The translations under genes and the position numbers were made by a program. This document shows positions 23,471-34,813 of a stretch of 44,326 bases of DNA, piece by piece. Numbering within the stretch: the first letter of the stretch is position 1; each line of letters opens with the position of its first letter. The notes below the pieces were generated by a model, which saw nothing but the letters and a program-made list of their open reading frames with translations, did no database searches and was not told the DNA's origin. This DNA is from Fonticula alba ATCC 38817 (lineage: Eukaryota; Protista; Nucleariida), in NCBI GenBank assembly GCA_000388065.2, contig KB932207.1. One strand, given 5' to 3'.

Positions 23471-24894
23471 CGTCACACTTGGGCAGGCGATGAGGCGACC
23501 GGCTGGCAGGAGTTCAAAGGCTGAGGCTCGCCAAGTGGCCAGCCGGGGCGAGGGACGAGAAGATCAATCCGGTGTACACACGGGCACCGGTGGGATGTGT
23601 GTGTGTGTGTGTATGTGTGCGTGCGTGCCTGCGTGCGTCCCTCACAGGTCCCCAGAAACGCACGTGTGCACACGCAGCTGTGACCTGCAGGGGCGGGGCG
23701 GGAGCAAAGACGGTGGTACGTGGTGCTGAGGTGGTGGGATGCACACAATTGGAGAGGCAAGGCCGGGGAAGGGGAGGGGAGGGAAGAGAAGGGGGGAGGG
23801 AGGGAGGGAAAAGCGAGGGGGAAAGGGAGGGACAGAGGGAGGGAGGGAGAGATCTGTGGAAAGCTGGCGGACGCTTGCGGCGGAAGCATAGCAGGCCAAC
23901 AGCTGGGCGCCTGAAGTCCCAGCGCAAGTGCTCGGTCGGAAACCCGCCCCTGGCTCCATGACAATGCGGGTAGGCCGATTGTGGCCTCTTTTTCGAGCGG
24001 CGCAGCGAGCGCCAGAAGGAGCATGTCTATGCGTCTGAGAACATAAGCCGGTGGATGATGGGTGGGGCAAAGAGCGAGGGAGGGAGGGAGGGGGAGAGAG
24101 AGAGAGAAAGGGGGAGAAAGACACCTGGAAAGCACGGCCCGAACACCTCGGAGGATCCCTCACAGCGGGCGGAGAGTTGTTGATGGGCAGCACGATTTTC
24201 GGCCACACGGGGCCGCCAGCCTCGGTTCCGTTGGTGTGTAGAATCAACGAGGCTGGTCTCCGGGTCTCGGCCTCCGCCAGCCCATACACACGCGCAGACA
24301 CGCACGCACACGCACACACACCACGCTCACACACACACGCGCGCACGTTCGCAATCCGGCGATCGCGCCTGTGGTCCACCCCCCACTCACAAGGAGAGGC
24401 TCGCATTTGCATCCTGGCATGGTGACCATCATCACGTGCGAGGATGAGGGAGCACCAGCGCTCCCCGTTGGTCCTCCGTCTCCCCTGGCCGGAAGCCGCG
24501 GCCGGCCAGCCAGCCGCCGGCCGACATGCATGCCCGCGTCCACAGGGAGGAGAGCTGGCAAGAAGCGGGCGACTTACCAAGCTATACATGGTTCAGGGAG
24601 GATGTGTGTGCGTGTGCGTGTGCGTGTGCGTGTGCGTGTGCGTGTGGCGGCGACAGAAGGATGCATGCACGTGCATGTGTGCGTGTAATTTGGTCTATAG
24701 AGTACAAATGAGTTTTGTTGAGGGCGGGGGGGGGGGGGGGGGGGGGAAAGCAAGGGAAGGAGGGCGGGGTGCGCATGGAAAAGGAAAGGCAACGGAAAGG
24801 CGAAGGGAGGAGGGGAGAGCAGGTGACAAGGCAGTCGCGGCTGTTTGCCGGCGAGCACGCGGCCCCGAGGGAGGCACACACGGGCGCCACCTCC

Positions 24895-25912
24895 TCAGTC
24901 GTCGGCCGCCTTGAGGAACAGCTCGGACTCGGTGGAGGAGAAAATCTTCCGGACCAAAGCCTCGTCCTTCTGGGCGTGGGCCTGCTGCTGCTTGTGGATC
25001 TTGCTCCGCTCGACGGCGCGGCGGTGCTCCTGGGCCTCGATGCGATCCTGGGCAATCCACTCCTTGGTGCGCTGCACCGCGCCATCGACAACCACCTCAT
25101 CGAGGCCGGCCGCGGTGAGGAAGGAGTGCAGCACATCGGTCGAGCTCTTGGAGGTCACGTCGATGCTGGCCTTCTTGCCGGAGGCTGGCCGCAGCGCAGC
25201 AGGAGGGGGGGGGGAGAGAGGAACGGATGGGCGTCGAGTCTGGTCAGTGGAAGGGGGCCGACGCGGAATACAAGCATCAGGCCCGGCTTTTTGATGCACA
25301 GGAGCGCAACGCACTGAAGACAATGTCAACCATGGACTTGGTGGAGCGGATGTTGTCCGGGACGGCCAGCATCTCGTACGCGAGCTTGGTCTGCTCCTCG
25401 TTCAGGGTGGGCCGGGGAGCGGGCTTGCCATCGCGGCCAATGCGCTTGGTGGCCCGGGCCTCCGGCAGGACGGGGATATCCTCGCGCTTGAAGGCGATAT
25501 GCGTGTTGTTGTACTTGAGCGCGGGCAGCNNNNNNNNNNNNNNNNNNNNNNNNNNNNNNNNNNNNNNNNNNNNNNNNNNNNNNNNNNNNNNNNNNNNNNN
25601 NNNNNNNNNNNNNNNNNNNNNNNNNNNNNNNNNNNNNNNNNNNNNNNNNNNNNNNNNNNNNNNNNNNNNNNNNNNNNNNNNNNNNNNNNNNNNNNNNNNN
25701 NNNNNNNNNNNNNNNNNNNNNNNNNNNNNNNNGGAAGGGGGCGGAGAGCCCGGCGCGTACACAGTGCCGCCGAACTGGCGCGAAGGGCCGACAATGCCGG
25801 GCCGCACGATCACCGACTTGATGTTCCGAGGAAGGGTCAGAGCAGTGGGGCCAGTCTGCAGGAACTCCACGAGCTTCGGGATCGACATGCGGGAAAGGTG
25901 GGTACGAGACAT
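24895..25912 (-). CDS. MRP49: Mitoribosomal protein of the L51/S25/CI-B8 family, most like fungal mL61/Mrp49; internal gap
   Basis: Exons 25912-25761, (gap)-25315 and 25184-24895. LQTGPTALTLPRNIKSV, LPALKYNNTHI and IVFTSGKKASIDVTSKSSTDVL resemble, from memory, fungal Mrp49 segments (GPGAAILPKEV, LPRLKYHNP, IDMKNK). Confidence 0.68.
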
Positions 25913-27376
25913 GGTGGCGACAGGGGGAGAGGCGAGGGGAGGGGCGAGGAAAGGGGCAGCGAGGGGAGGGCGTGTGTCGCCGAGATCAGTGTGTCGGGCA
26001 CAGCGTTCCGCGGGAGAGGCAAGGGCAGGGGGGAGGGGATGGGTGTGGCGCGGGAGGGGACTGCTGGCGGCTGCCGCGGGCCGGCCTCATCGCCAAGCTG
26101 GTGGGCCTTATTGCCGGCCGCGCCTCTCTCCCTCTCTCTCTCTCCCTCTCTCTCTCTCCCTCTCGCGCGCGCGCGCCGTGGGCCTGGCCTTGCCCCCGTG
26201 CCCACGCACGTCCTCTCGCCCTGCCGCCCCCTCGCTCTCGCTCGCGCTGGCGCCCCCGTGCCCCGAGACACCACATACAGGCACCCGCGCACCCACACAG
26301 GTACAGGCACCGGCCGAGGGAAGGAAGATCGGCCCCCACGCCCGGAGGCTCACGCCGCCCACCAGCAGACCCTCCGCCGGCGCGGGGGGTTGGGTTGCCA
26401 CGGCACAAGGTGCCTGCCGCCTGTGTTGTGTCCCCCCCCCTCCCCCCCCCAGCCCCCTCCCTCGCCACCCTGGGCACGGAGTGCGAGCCGCTCGCGAGGG
26501 CCAACTTGGAGAAGGGTGGCCCGGCGCCCGCAAAGGCCGCATGTGATCTGGGACCGAGGCGTGGACAGTCCCAATCTGGGACTTCGGATCCTGCGCGCGC
26601 TCCCCGTGGCCATGATTCTCGGGCCCCGGGTTCTCTGCGCCGGGCGTCCGAAGAGGGAGGGGCAGAGCGCGAGAAAAGCATGGCCGCTGGCCCGGCGCCC
26701 GGCTCGCTCCTCTTTTGGTGAGCCTTTTTTTTCCGCCCGCCTCCAGGATGCTGACGACTCCCCCCCGGGGGGAGGGCACGCATGAGCGCCAACCGGCGGA
26801 CCGGGCCCGGCCCTTGCGGCCATGAGGTTCCCCGGAGCCACGCCCGCACAGAGTGGCGACCCCCCGCGTCCATCACCAGGTCTCACACACAGAGGCAGAG
26901 CAAGCGGGCGCAGGCGGGGGCAGGCGGGGGCAACACAGCTACAGGCCAGATCGGACGCGCATGCAGGCCTCCCCAGGCGGCGAGGTTGTTCTCCCCCCCC
27001 CCCCCCCCCCCCGCACCGAACACCCCCCGAACACGAGGAGCGATCTTGCTGGCCCCGCACCCAGGCCCGGATCTCGCGTCGCCGGTGCCACATCGATGCA
27101 CGGCATTTTCGGTGGCCTTACCACTGTGCCCCAGTGGGCCGAGGCAGCGTTGCCCGNNNNNNNNNNNNNNNNNNNNNNNNNNNNNNNNNNNNNNNNNNNN
27201 NNNNNNNNNNNNNNNNNNNNNNNNNNNNNNNNNNNNNNNNNNNNNNNNNNNNNNNNNNNNNNNNNNNNNNNNNNNNNNNNNNNNNNNNNNNNNNNNNNNN
27301 NNNNNNNNNNNNNNNNNNNNNNNNNNNNNNNNNNNNNNNNNNNNNNNNNNNNGTGCCCCGCCCCCCGCCCCGCATC

Positions 27377-28368
27377 ATGCTCCCGTCCGCCCGTGCCGCC
27401 GCGAGCTCCCTGCTCGGCCGCCCGGCCGGAGTGGCCCTGCGCACCGCCGCCGCGGCCACCACCGCCCAGGCCCGGTTCTATGCATGCGGCATGCCCAAGG
27501 CCCCGGCCACCCCGGAGCCGACCAGCGCCGCCGCCGCCGCCGCCGCCGCCGCTGCGGTGTCGGAGTTTTCCTCCCCCCTGGACGGGGAGAAGGGTTCCGC
27601 CGCGTCCCGTCGCCGGTCTCTGCCGCCGATTATCCCCTCGCTGGCGGAGTTCATGAAGATGTCCGACGGCCAGACCCCCCCGCAGGATGGCGACGACCAG
27701 GAGGTCTACGCCCCGGCCCCATACCTGCCGAAGAACCTGGGCCAGGGCCGCACAGTGCTGACCGAGACCTACGGCTGCCAGATGAATGTCAACGACACGG
27801 AGATTGCTCTGGCCTGCCTGCTGGACGCCGGGTACGAGCGTGCCCCGGAGGGCGCCTCGGCCCAGGATGCCGATGTGGTCCTGCTGATGACCTGCGCCAT
27901 CCGTGACAACGCTGAAACCAAGATTTGGAACCGCCTGACCGAGCTGTCGCACATCAAGGTATGGACCCTCCCTCTCCCTCTCCCTCTCTCTCTCTCTCTC
28001 TCTTTCTCTTTGAACCCCTATTTCTGTCTCTCGCTCGCCCGCCCGCCCGTTCGCACCCGCGCATGTACGCCCGGCCGGCCGCTCACTGGCGTCTGCATCA
28101 CCTTGCCTCTGACCTGTCCCTCTGCCCCTTTCCTCTCCTCCAGCGCAAGCGTCGTGGTCTGCGCGTCGGGCTGCTCGGCTGCATGGCCGAGCGTCTCAAG
28201 CACCAGGTCCTCGAGTCGGACAAGTCGGTCGATGTTGTCTGTGGTCCCGATAGCGTACGTTGTCCGCTGTCCCTCTCTGCCCATCTGGCTATCTCACCCC
28301 CCCTCCCCCCATGCTTACAGCTGACCCTGTGCTCCTCTGCTACCTACCCGACCTTTCATCCCCCCCCC

Positions 28369-28399
<31 letters not shown>

Positions 28400-29982
28400 G
28401 CCAGTACCGCGACCTGCCCCGCCTGCTGCACTCGGTCGACATCTCCGGCGGGCAGTCCGCCATCAATGTGATGCTCTCGCTGGATGAGACGTATGCCGAT
28501 GTGGCGCCGGTGCGCGTGAACCCGGACAATGTGTCGGCCTTCGTGTCCATCATGCGTGGCTGTGACAACATGTGCTCCTACTGCATTGTGCCCTTCACGC
28601 GCGGCCGGGAGCGCTCGCGCGATGCGGCCTCCATCATCCGCGAGGTGCGCCAACTCCAGTCCCAGGGGGTCCGCGAGGTGACCCTCCTCGGGCAGAATGT
28701 CAACAGCTATCGCGACACCTCCGAGGCCGGGCTGGCCCTGCTGGACGAGCGCGCCGAGCGCGGCGCCGCCACCACCACCGAGATGACCGGCACCCTGGCG
28801 CGCGGCTTCCAGACCATCTACAAGGCCCGGACCGGGGGTCTGCTCTTTGCCGACCTGCTGGACGAGGTGAGTGCCGCCTGTCCGGACATGCGCTTCCGCT
28901 TCACCTCCCCCCATCCGAAGGACTTCCCGGATGAGCTGCTGCGACTGATCGCCGAGCGGCCGAACGTGGCCAAGCAGCTCCACCTGCCGGCACAGTCCGG
29001 CAACAGCGCCGTGCTCGAGCGCATGCGCCGGGGGTACACCCGCGAGGCGTACCTGGAGATGGCCGACCGCGCGCGGTCCCTCATCCCCCGGGTGGCCCTG
29101 TCGTCGGACTTCATCGTGGGCTTCTGCGGGGAGACCGACGCGGAGCATGCCGACACCGTGTCCCTGCTGCACCATGTGAACTACGAGCATGCCTACCTCT
29201 TTGCGTATAGCATGCGCGAGAAGACCCACGCCCACCGGACCCTGGTGGACGATGTGCCGGAGGAGGTGAAGCAGGCCCGTCTGCGCGAGGTCATCGACCT
29301 GCAGTATGGCCTCATGTCGAAGTCCTCCGCCCTGGAGGAGGGGTCCCTGCATGTGATCCTCATTGAGGGCGACAGCCGGCGCAACAGCGACGAGTGGTCC
29401 GGCCGGTCGGACAACAACAAGATGGTACGCATCGTGGGCTGGAGGGCGTGCACGCCGCGGGGGGGGGGGGGGGGGGGGGGGGCCCCCCCCGGGCCCCCCC
29501 GGGGCCCCCCCCCCCGTGGCGGGGGGGGGCCCCCCCCCCCCCCCCCCCCCTCTGTCGTTCCTTCTCCGCCCCTGCACGGGGGATGTGGCCCCTTCTGACC
29601 TCCGATCCCCTTGTCTGCCGGTACTGTGTGCACCATCGCCTCTCGCCCGAAGGTTGTCTTCCCCAAGCAGCCGGTGCCCAACATGGTCAGCACCCCGGAG
29701 GCGCCGGTGTCCATGAGCCAGCCGCTGTCGGCGGCCAGCGGCTTTGTCATGCCGCAGAAGGGCGACTTCGTGCTGGTGCGCGTTACGTCGACCAGCGCAC
29801 AAACCTACCGCGCCGAGCCTCTGGCCCTGTGTGACGTCCGTGGCCTTGGGCTGTCCACCAGCGAGCTGGCTCAGCTCCACGTGTCGGAGGCGGACCGGGC
29901 CCTGGGCCTGCAGCGCATTGCCCAGCTGGACCAGCTGGTGGCTGCTGCCGGGCCGGCGGCCGCGGTGGCCCACTCCCACTGA
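27377..29982 (+). CDS. CDK5RAP1: Mitochondrial tRNA methylthiotransferase (MiaB/CDK5RAP1; UPF0004 + radical SAM + TRAM), ~680 aa
   Basis: Exons 27377-27958, 28144-28254, 28405-29424, 29653-29982. Motifs [26 protein letters not shown], the CxxxCxxC motif [42 protein letters not shown] and [11 protein letters not shown]. The N-terminus is Arg/Ala/Ser-rich with no acidic residues, ending ARFY|A. Confidence 0.95.
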
Positions 29983-30705
29983 AGCACGCGTGTCAGCACC
30001 GCCAGCGCCCGTGCCAATGCCAACCTTCCCCTGGTGAGGGCTGGGGAAATGAATGGACTGAGTCGCATTTCCCGGCCCTCGCCCTGCGCTCGCGGTGCTA
30101 GCCTTGACATCCGCGCGTCTGGCCGCGGTCAGCGGGTCGGTGTGTGTGTGTGCGGGGGGAGAGGGGGGGAAGGGGGCCTTCCTCACCCTGTCCTGCCTCT
30201 CGCCGCGGTGTGTGCCGGCCTCCCCCCTTCCTGCCCCTCCCCGCTTGCAGCGCCAACCTCTAGAACACAATAGATCCAGTATTTTTCTCCTGTCGGCGGT
30301 CCTGCTTGCGGCAGGCGGCGCGGGCGACGGCGGGCCGGGCGACAAGCGCGGGGGCTACACATAAAAAGGCAAGTGCGGCGTATGTATTGGGATACGCGAG
30401 GAGAAAGGAAAAGAAAAAGGGCGCAGCCCATTGATCTGCCTCGCTCAAGTGAGGGGGGGAGGGGGGGGGGGGGCGACGATTCTGAAGGGGGGAAGATGGG
30501 CGACGTGCGACCCGCCTCCATGCTGGGTGATATGGGAGCTCCGCATGGGGATGGGCGGAGGAAGAAGAGGGGGAGAGAGAGAGAGAGGGAGGGAGAGGGA
30601 GAAAAGGAGAGGGCGAGACAGTGAAAGGCGGGCAGCCAATGGGTGGCACTCCAGGGCGAGGGGACCCGACTGGGCCAAAGAAAAAAAAAAGCGCCTGTGT
30701 GCTGC

Positions 30706-32734
30706 CTACTTCTTGGCGTTCTCCTCATCCTGGTACATGCGCTCAACCTCGGCCACGTCCAGCGCGCTGCCAAGGAAGATGCCGGTCCGGGCGTGGAGCT
30801 TGTCCGGGCGGATGGCCAGGGCGCGCTTCAGACCGGTGGTGCACCGGCCGCCGGCCTGCTCGCACAGGAAGGCCATGGGCAGGACCTCGTACAGGATGCG
30901 CAGTTTGCCGTTGGGGGAGCTGTGCTCCGGGGAGGGGGGGAGGGGGGAGGAAGCCACCAGAGAGGCGAGGGGAGTGTCAGTGCCCCGCGGCGGCGCCGGC
31001 GGGATGCGGGCGACTGAGCGACCGAAAGAGAGGGAGAGAGAGGGGGGGGAGGGGCACATGCGAGGGATCGGCTGCACCGGGAGCCAGGGGCTCCGGCGAG
31101 GAATGGATCATGCACGCACCTCCTGTCCGCGGGGTAGGCGAAAACACCTCCGTGGAGGAAGGTCCGGTGGACGTCGGCCACCATGGACCCGACGTAGCGC
31201 AGGGAACGCGGCTTCCGAGTCCCATGGTTGTCGTGCTCATCGGCGCGGACGGCCAGCGAGCCGGCCGGCCGCAGCGGGTGCGTGACCTTGAGGGTGGCCT
31301 CATCCAGCCCGGCCAGGGGCTTGCCCTCGGCGTCGGCGGTCGGGGCCTCCGGGAACTTGCAGTGGTTGACCCACCGAGTGACGGCTGGCCCCCACTTGCT
31401 GGCGTTGCCCTCATTGATGGAGTAGATGTTCCCGCGCGAGGGGATCCGCATGGACGGGTGGGTGAGGATGAACTCCCCGAGGCTCGGGTCCAGGGTGTAC
31501 CCGTTGACCCCGTCCCCGGTGGCCAGCACCAGGCCGGTGAAGGACCCGTACAGGGCGTACCCGGCGGCCATGAGCTCGGTCCCGGGGCGCAGGACGTCCC
31601 GCTCGAGGGATGTCCCATCCGAGCCCTCGGGCTGTGCGACGGGGCCGGTGTCAGATATCTGTGCAGGACAGGTGTGCCGCCACCGGAAAGGCGGGGGGGG
31701 GGGNNNNNNNNNNNNNNNNNNNNNNNNNNNNNNNNNNNNNNNNNNNNNNNNNNNNNNNNGCGGGGCCGAGGGAGGTCCCCAAAGGGGCGGCGGCGCCTTG
31801 GGCCACGTACCAGGCGGTAGATGCCGAAGATCGAGCCGATGGACACACCGCAGTCGATGTTGGACGAGCCGTCCAGCGGGTCGAAGCAGACCACATAGCG
31901 CCCGGGCCGCGAGTCGGCATCAGGGCTGCCCTCGGGAGCGGCGGTCACAAAAAAGGCGTTCTCATCCTCCTCGCTGACCAGGACCGCCGCCCGGCCGGAC
32001 GTGCGCAGGGAGTTCATGAACACCTCGTTGGCCAAGACATCCAGGCGCTGGACCTTCTCGCCCTGGATGTTGGGGCCGCCGCCGGCGAGGCCGGTGCTGT
32101 GGGTGGCGAGAGGGCCGGGGAGGGGAGGGGTCACGGTGTCAGGCAGCTGGGACATGGCTGACAGAGGCAAGCCAAGGGGATGGCGAGTGGTCGGGAGACA
32201 CATACACGTTGGCGAGGCCGGCACGGCGCACGAGGGAAGACACATACTTGCAGCTCAGCTGCGGGATGGCGACCGTCATTCGAGAAGGAGGGCAAGTTGG
32301 CGCGGCGCCACACAAGAAAGGCAGGGTGTAAGTGGGTGGCAATGTGCAGGGAAAGGGGCCCGGCACAAGTGCGCGTGCGTGCGTGCGTGCGTGCATGCGT
32401 GCGTGCGTGCGTGCGTGCGTGTGGGTGGGTAGGTGCGTCTGTGCCGATGCCGGCCGGCACATGTGCCAGGTACACGCACCTGCAGAGAGACCAGCAGCAG
32501 GGTCAGATCGCCGGAAGCCGAGGCATGGCGGCGCTGCTCGCTCAGGGTGTGCCGGGTGAGGGTGATCAGATCGGTGACCGGGGCGTCCGGGCCCAGGGAG
32601 CTGGGCTTCGGCCGCGGGGTGCCGGCCGGCACAAAGGCCGCCGTCGAGCCGTGCCCCTGCGTCTCGGTCGACAGGGACAGGAGGACGCGGTTGGCCGAGT
32701 AGGCGCACGGAGGCTCGGGGTGCGTGGAGGTCAT
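30706..32734 (-). CDS. FBP1: Fructose-1,6-bisphosphatase class I, ~439 aa
   Basis: Exons 32734-32480, 32258-32206, 32096-31811, 31631-31120, 30919-30706. Motifs [65 protein letters not shown] and [14 protein letters not shown]. Confidence 0.96.
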
Positions 32735-34813
32735 GGTCGGTGGAGCTGGAGAGGGGGGATGCTGGGAATGCTGGGAGTGCTGAGGGGGGGTGGGGGGGGG
32801 TAGATACAAAGACGAAGAGGGTGAGGCAAGGAAGGGAAGGGGAGTGCGGTCCTACCCCGAGGGCCGAGGCCACCGGGGCCCGGGAGCATCCCTCAAATAG
32901 GCGCCCTCACCGAGGGAGGATGCCCCGATGCAAGCCACCTGGCAGGGGGGGGGGGGGGGGGGCCCCCCCCGCGGGGGGGGCGGGCGGGGCGGGGGAGACC
33001 CAACAGAACCGAAAACCGGCACAAAACGCCAGCCTGGCGAAGAGGAGGCCAGCTTCCGCTGGCATATTCCCTCTCCCCCCCCCCCTCCAGCCCTGTGCGC
33101 CTCGGCGTGGTTCCGACCTGAGTGCCATCAGTAGGAGTCGGCAGATCTGAGGTGAGCCACCGCACTTGCCGCAGCCTCGGCTCCCGCCACCCCCCGCGCG
33201 CGGCAGGCATGGACCGCCCGCTCAAGGCTGAACTGGGGGGGGGGGGGGGGGGGTTGCCACCAGTGATACTACTGGTGTTGCCCAGTGCCGATGGGGGTCG
33301 CCAGGTACCGCTGGCTCCGGCGGGGCCGGCGAGGTCCACGTTCACCCGAGTCTCGCGAAGTGGATATTAATTCCCCCAACACGGACTCGCCACGCCGCAA
33401 GGGGTGGGGACGTCTACCATCATCAGGGACGAGAAAATGAACAGCCACATAGGGTGGCCGCGAACGCGCGCAGGCGCGGGGGACGAAGATCTTGGACAGT
33501 GCCGGAATGCTCGGGCCGGCACAGAGTGACTCGTCACCAGGCGGCCACGACCAGGTCCCGCTCCCATGCCGCTCCCTGCCCACCCGCTCCCTCCCGGGGG
33601 CGCGGGGGGCAGGGCGAGCGAGCGCTCGCTCGTAGTTTGACATGTCTCATCCGGCCCTGCTGATGTGGGCGCACACGCGATGTACGCCAACAGACGGACG
33701 CAGGGCCGATCACTAGCTGGCCACCCCACACCCGGCTCTGGGAAGTCGGACAGAGAGACAAGTGGTGGAAAAGGGGGCGAGCGAGCGGGAGAGAGAGAGA
33801 GAGAGAGAGGAGGGGCGGGGGCGAGATGGAGATCGATCGACACCTAGCTCCTCCCGTGGCCTGGACACGTCCTCCCCCATTGGAGGTGTCTTGTCCGGCC
33901 CGCCCTGTGTCCCTCCCCTCCCCGTCGTCCGTCTCCCCCCCCCCCCCCCCCGGGCCCGGCCCCCTCTCCGGTCAGTGGCCCGCTTGTCCATGCAGAAGTA
34001 GTCCAAACGATGATGCCCCGACCGCCGTTTCCCGCCCCCGGGGCCCGACCCGCCCCCGCGTTCCTGGCGGCCTGGCCGAGAAGCATGGGCCTGGGGGGGG
34101 GAGTGGGAAGTGCGGCCCGGGGCACCCCCACCCCGGCCCCAGGCCCTGCGCGTCCCCCCCCCCCCGGCCGACAGCAACCGTCCGCCAGCTGGCCAGTCCG
34201 CCGTCCGCGGGGGAAAAAAGCACGCACGCACATCTCAACGCGTCGTCCACATCCACCCGCGATGGAGCTAACGTCCCGGCGGCCTCCGGCTAACGCCCGC
34301 CCGGCCACGGGCACCCGATCGCCTCCGCGGTTGGCACTTGCCTGTAGCAGGGGTGGGGGCGGGGGCAGTCAGGCAGGGGGGGGGGGGGGGGCGCACACGC
34401 AGACGAAGGGCCCCGACACAAGCAACCCAAACAATGCCCCCTTCAGGCCCTGTACCCGGAGCACTGCGAGACGCACTGCGCATGTACGCGCGCGCGCACG
34501 CACAAACATCCCACGCCCGAAGTAGGCCCATCAATGTGTGAGACCCCCCTCCCCCCCATGGGCGATGGACCCGACACAGCAGCGAGACAGAGGACGATCA
34601 CCCGCGCTCCCCCTCCCCCGCCGCGGGAGGACGCATGCACACACGCTCCCCGCCCTCACATTGGGGCATGTTCGCGCGGGGGCATCCACATCCCGCCCCG
34701 CCCCGCCCCGCCCCGCGTCCCCCCCCCCCCCCCGCTCCATCAACATACGTGCGGGGCGGAAAAAAACACCAAAAAGGAGCCCAGGGCGCCTGTGTTGACA
34801 TGTGATCTCGCCG

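Noticed and set aside
18841-27000. GCGCATGC NRF-1-like motifs near the mitochondrial genes
   Set aside because: The same words occur in coding exons and in ubiquitous alternating purine-pyrimidine repeats, so they are not informative.
33140-33151. GGCAGATCTGAG resembling RNase P RNA CR-I
   Set aside because: No complementary CR-V/P4 partner at a plausible distance, and other conserved regions were not found.
33420-33426. Box C-like TGATGA on the - strand as a C/D snoRNA or U3
   Set aside because: The nearest downstream CTGA that I found is about 270-290 nt away, there is no terminal stem, and there are no U3 box A/B features.
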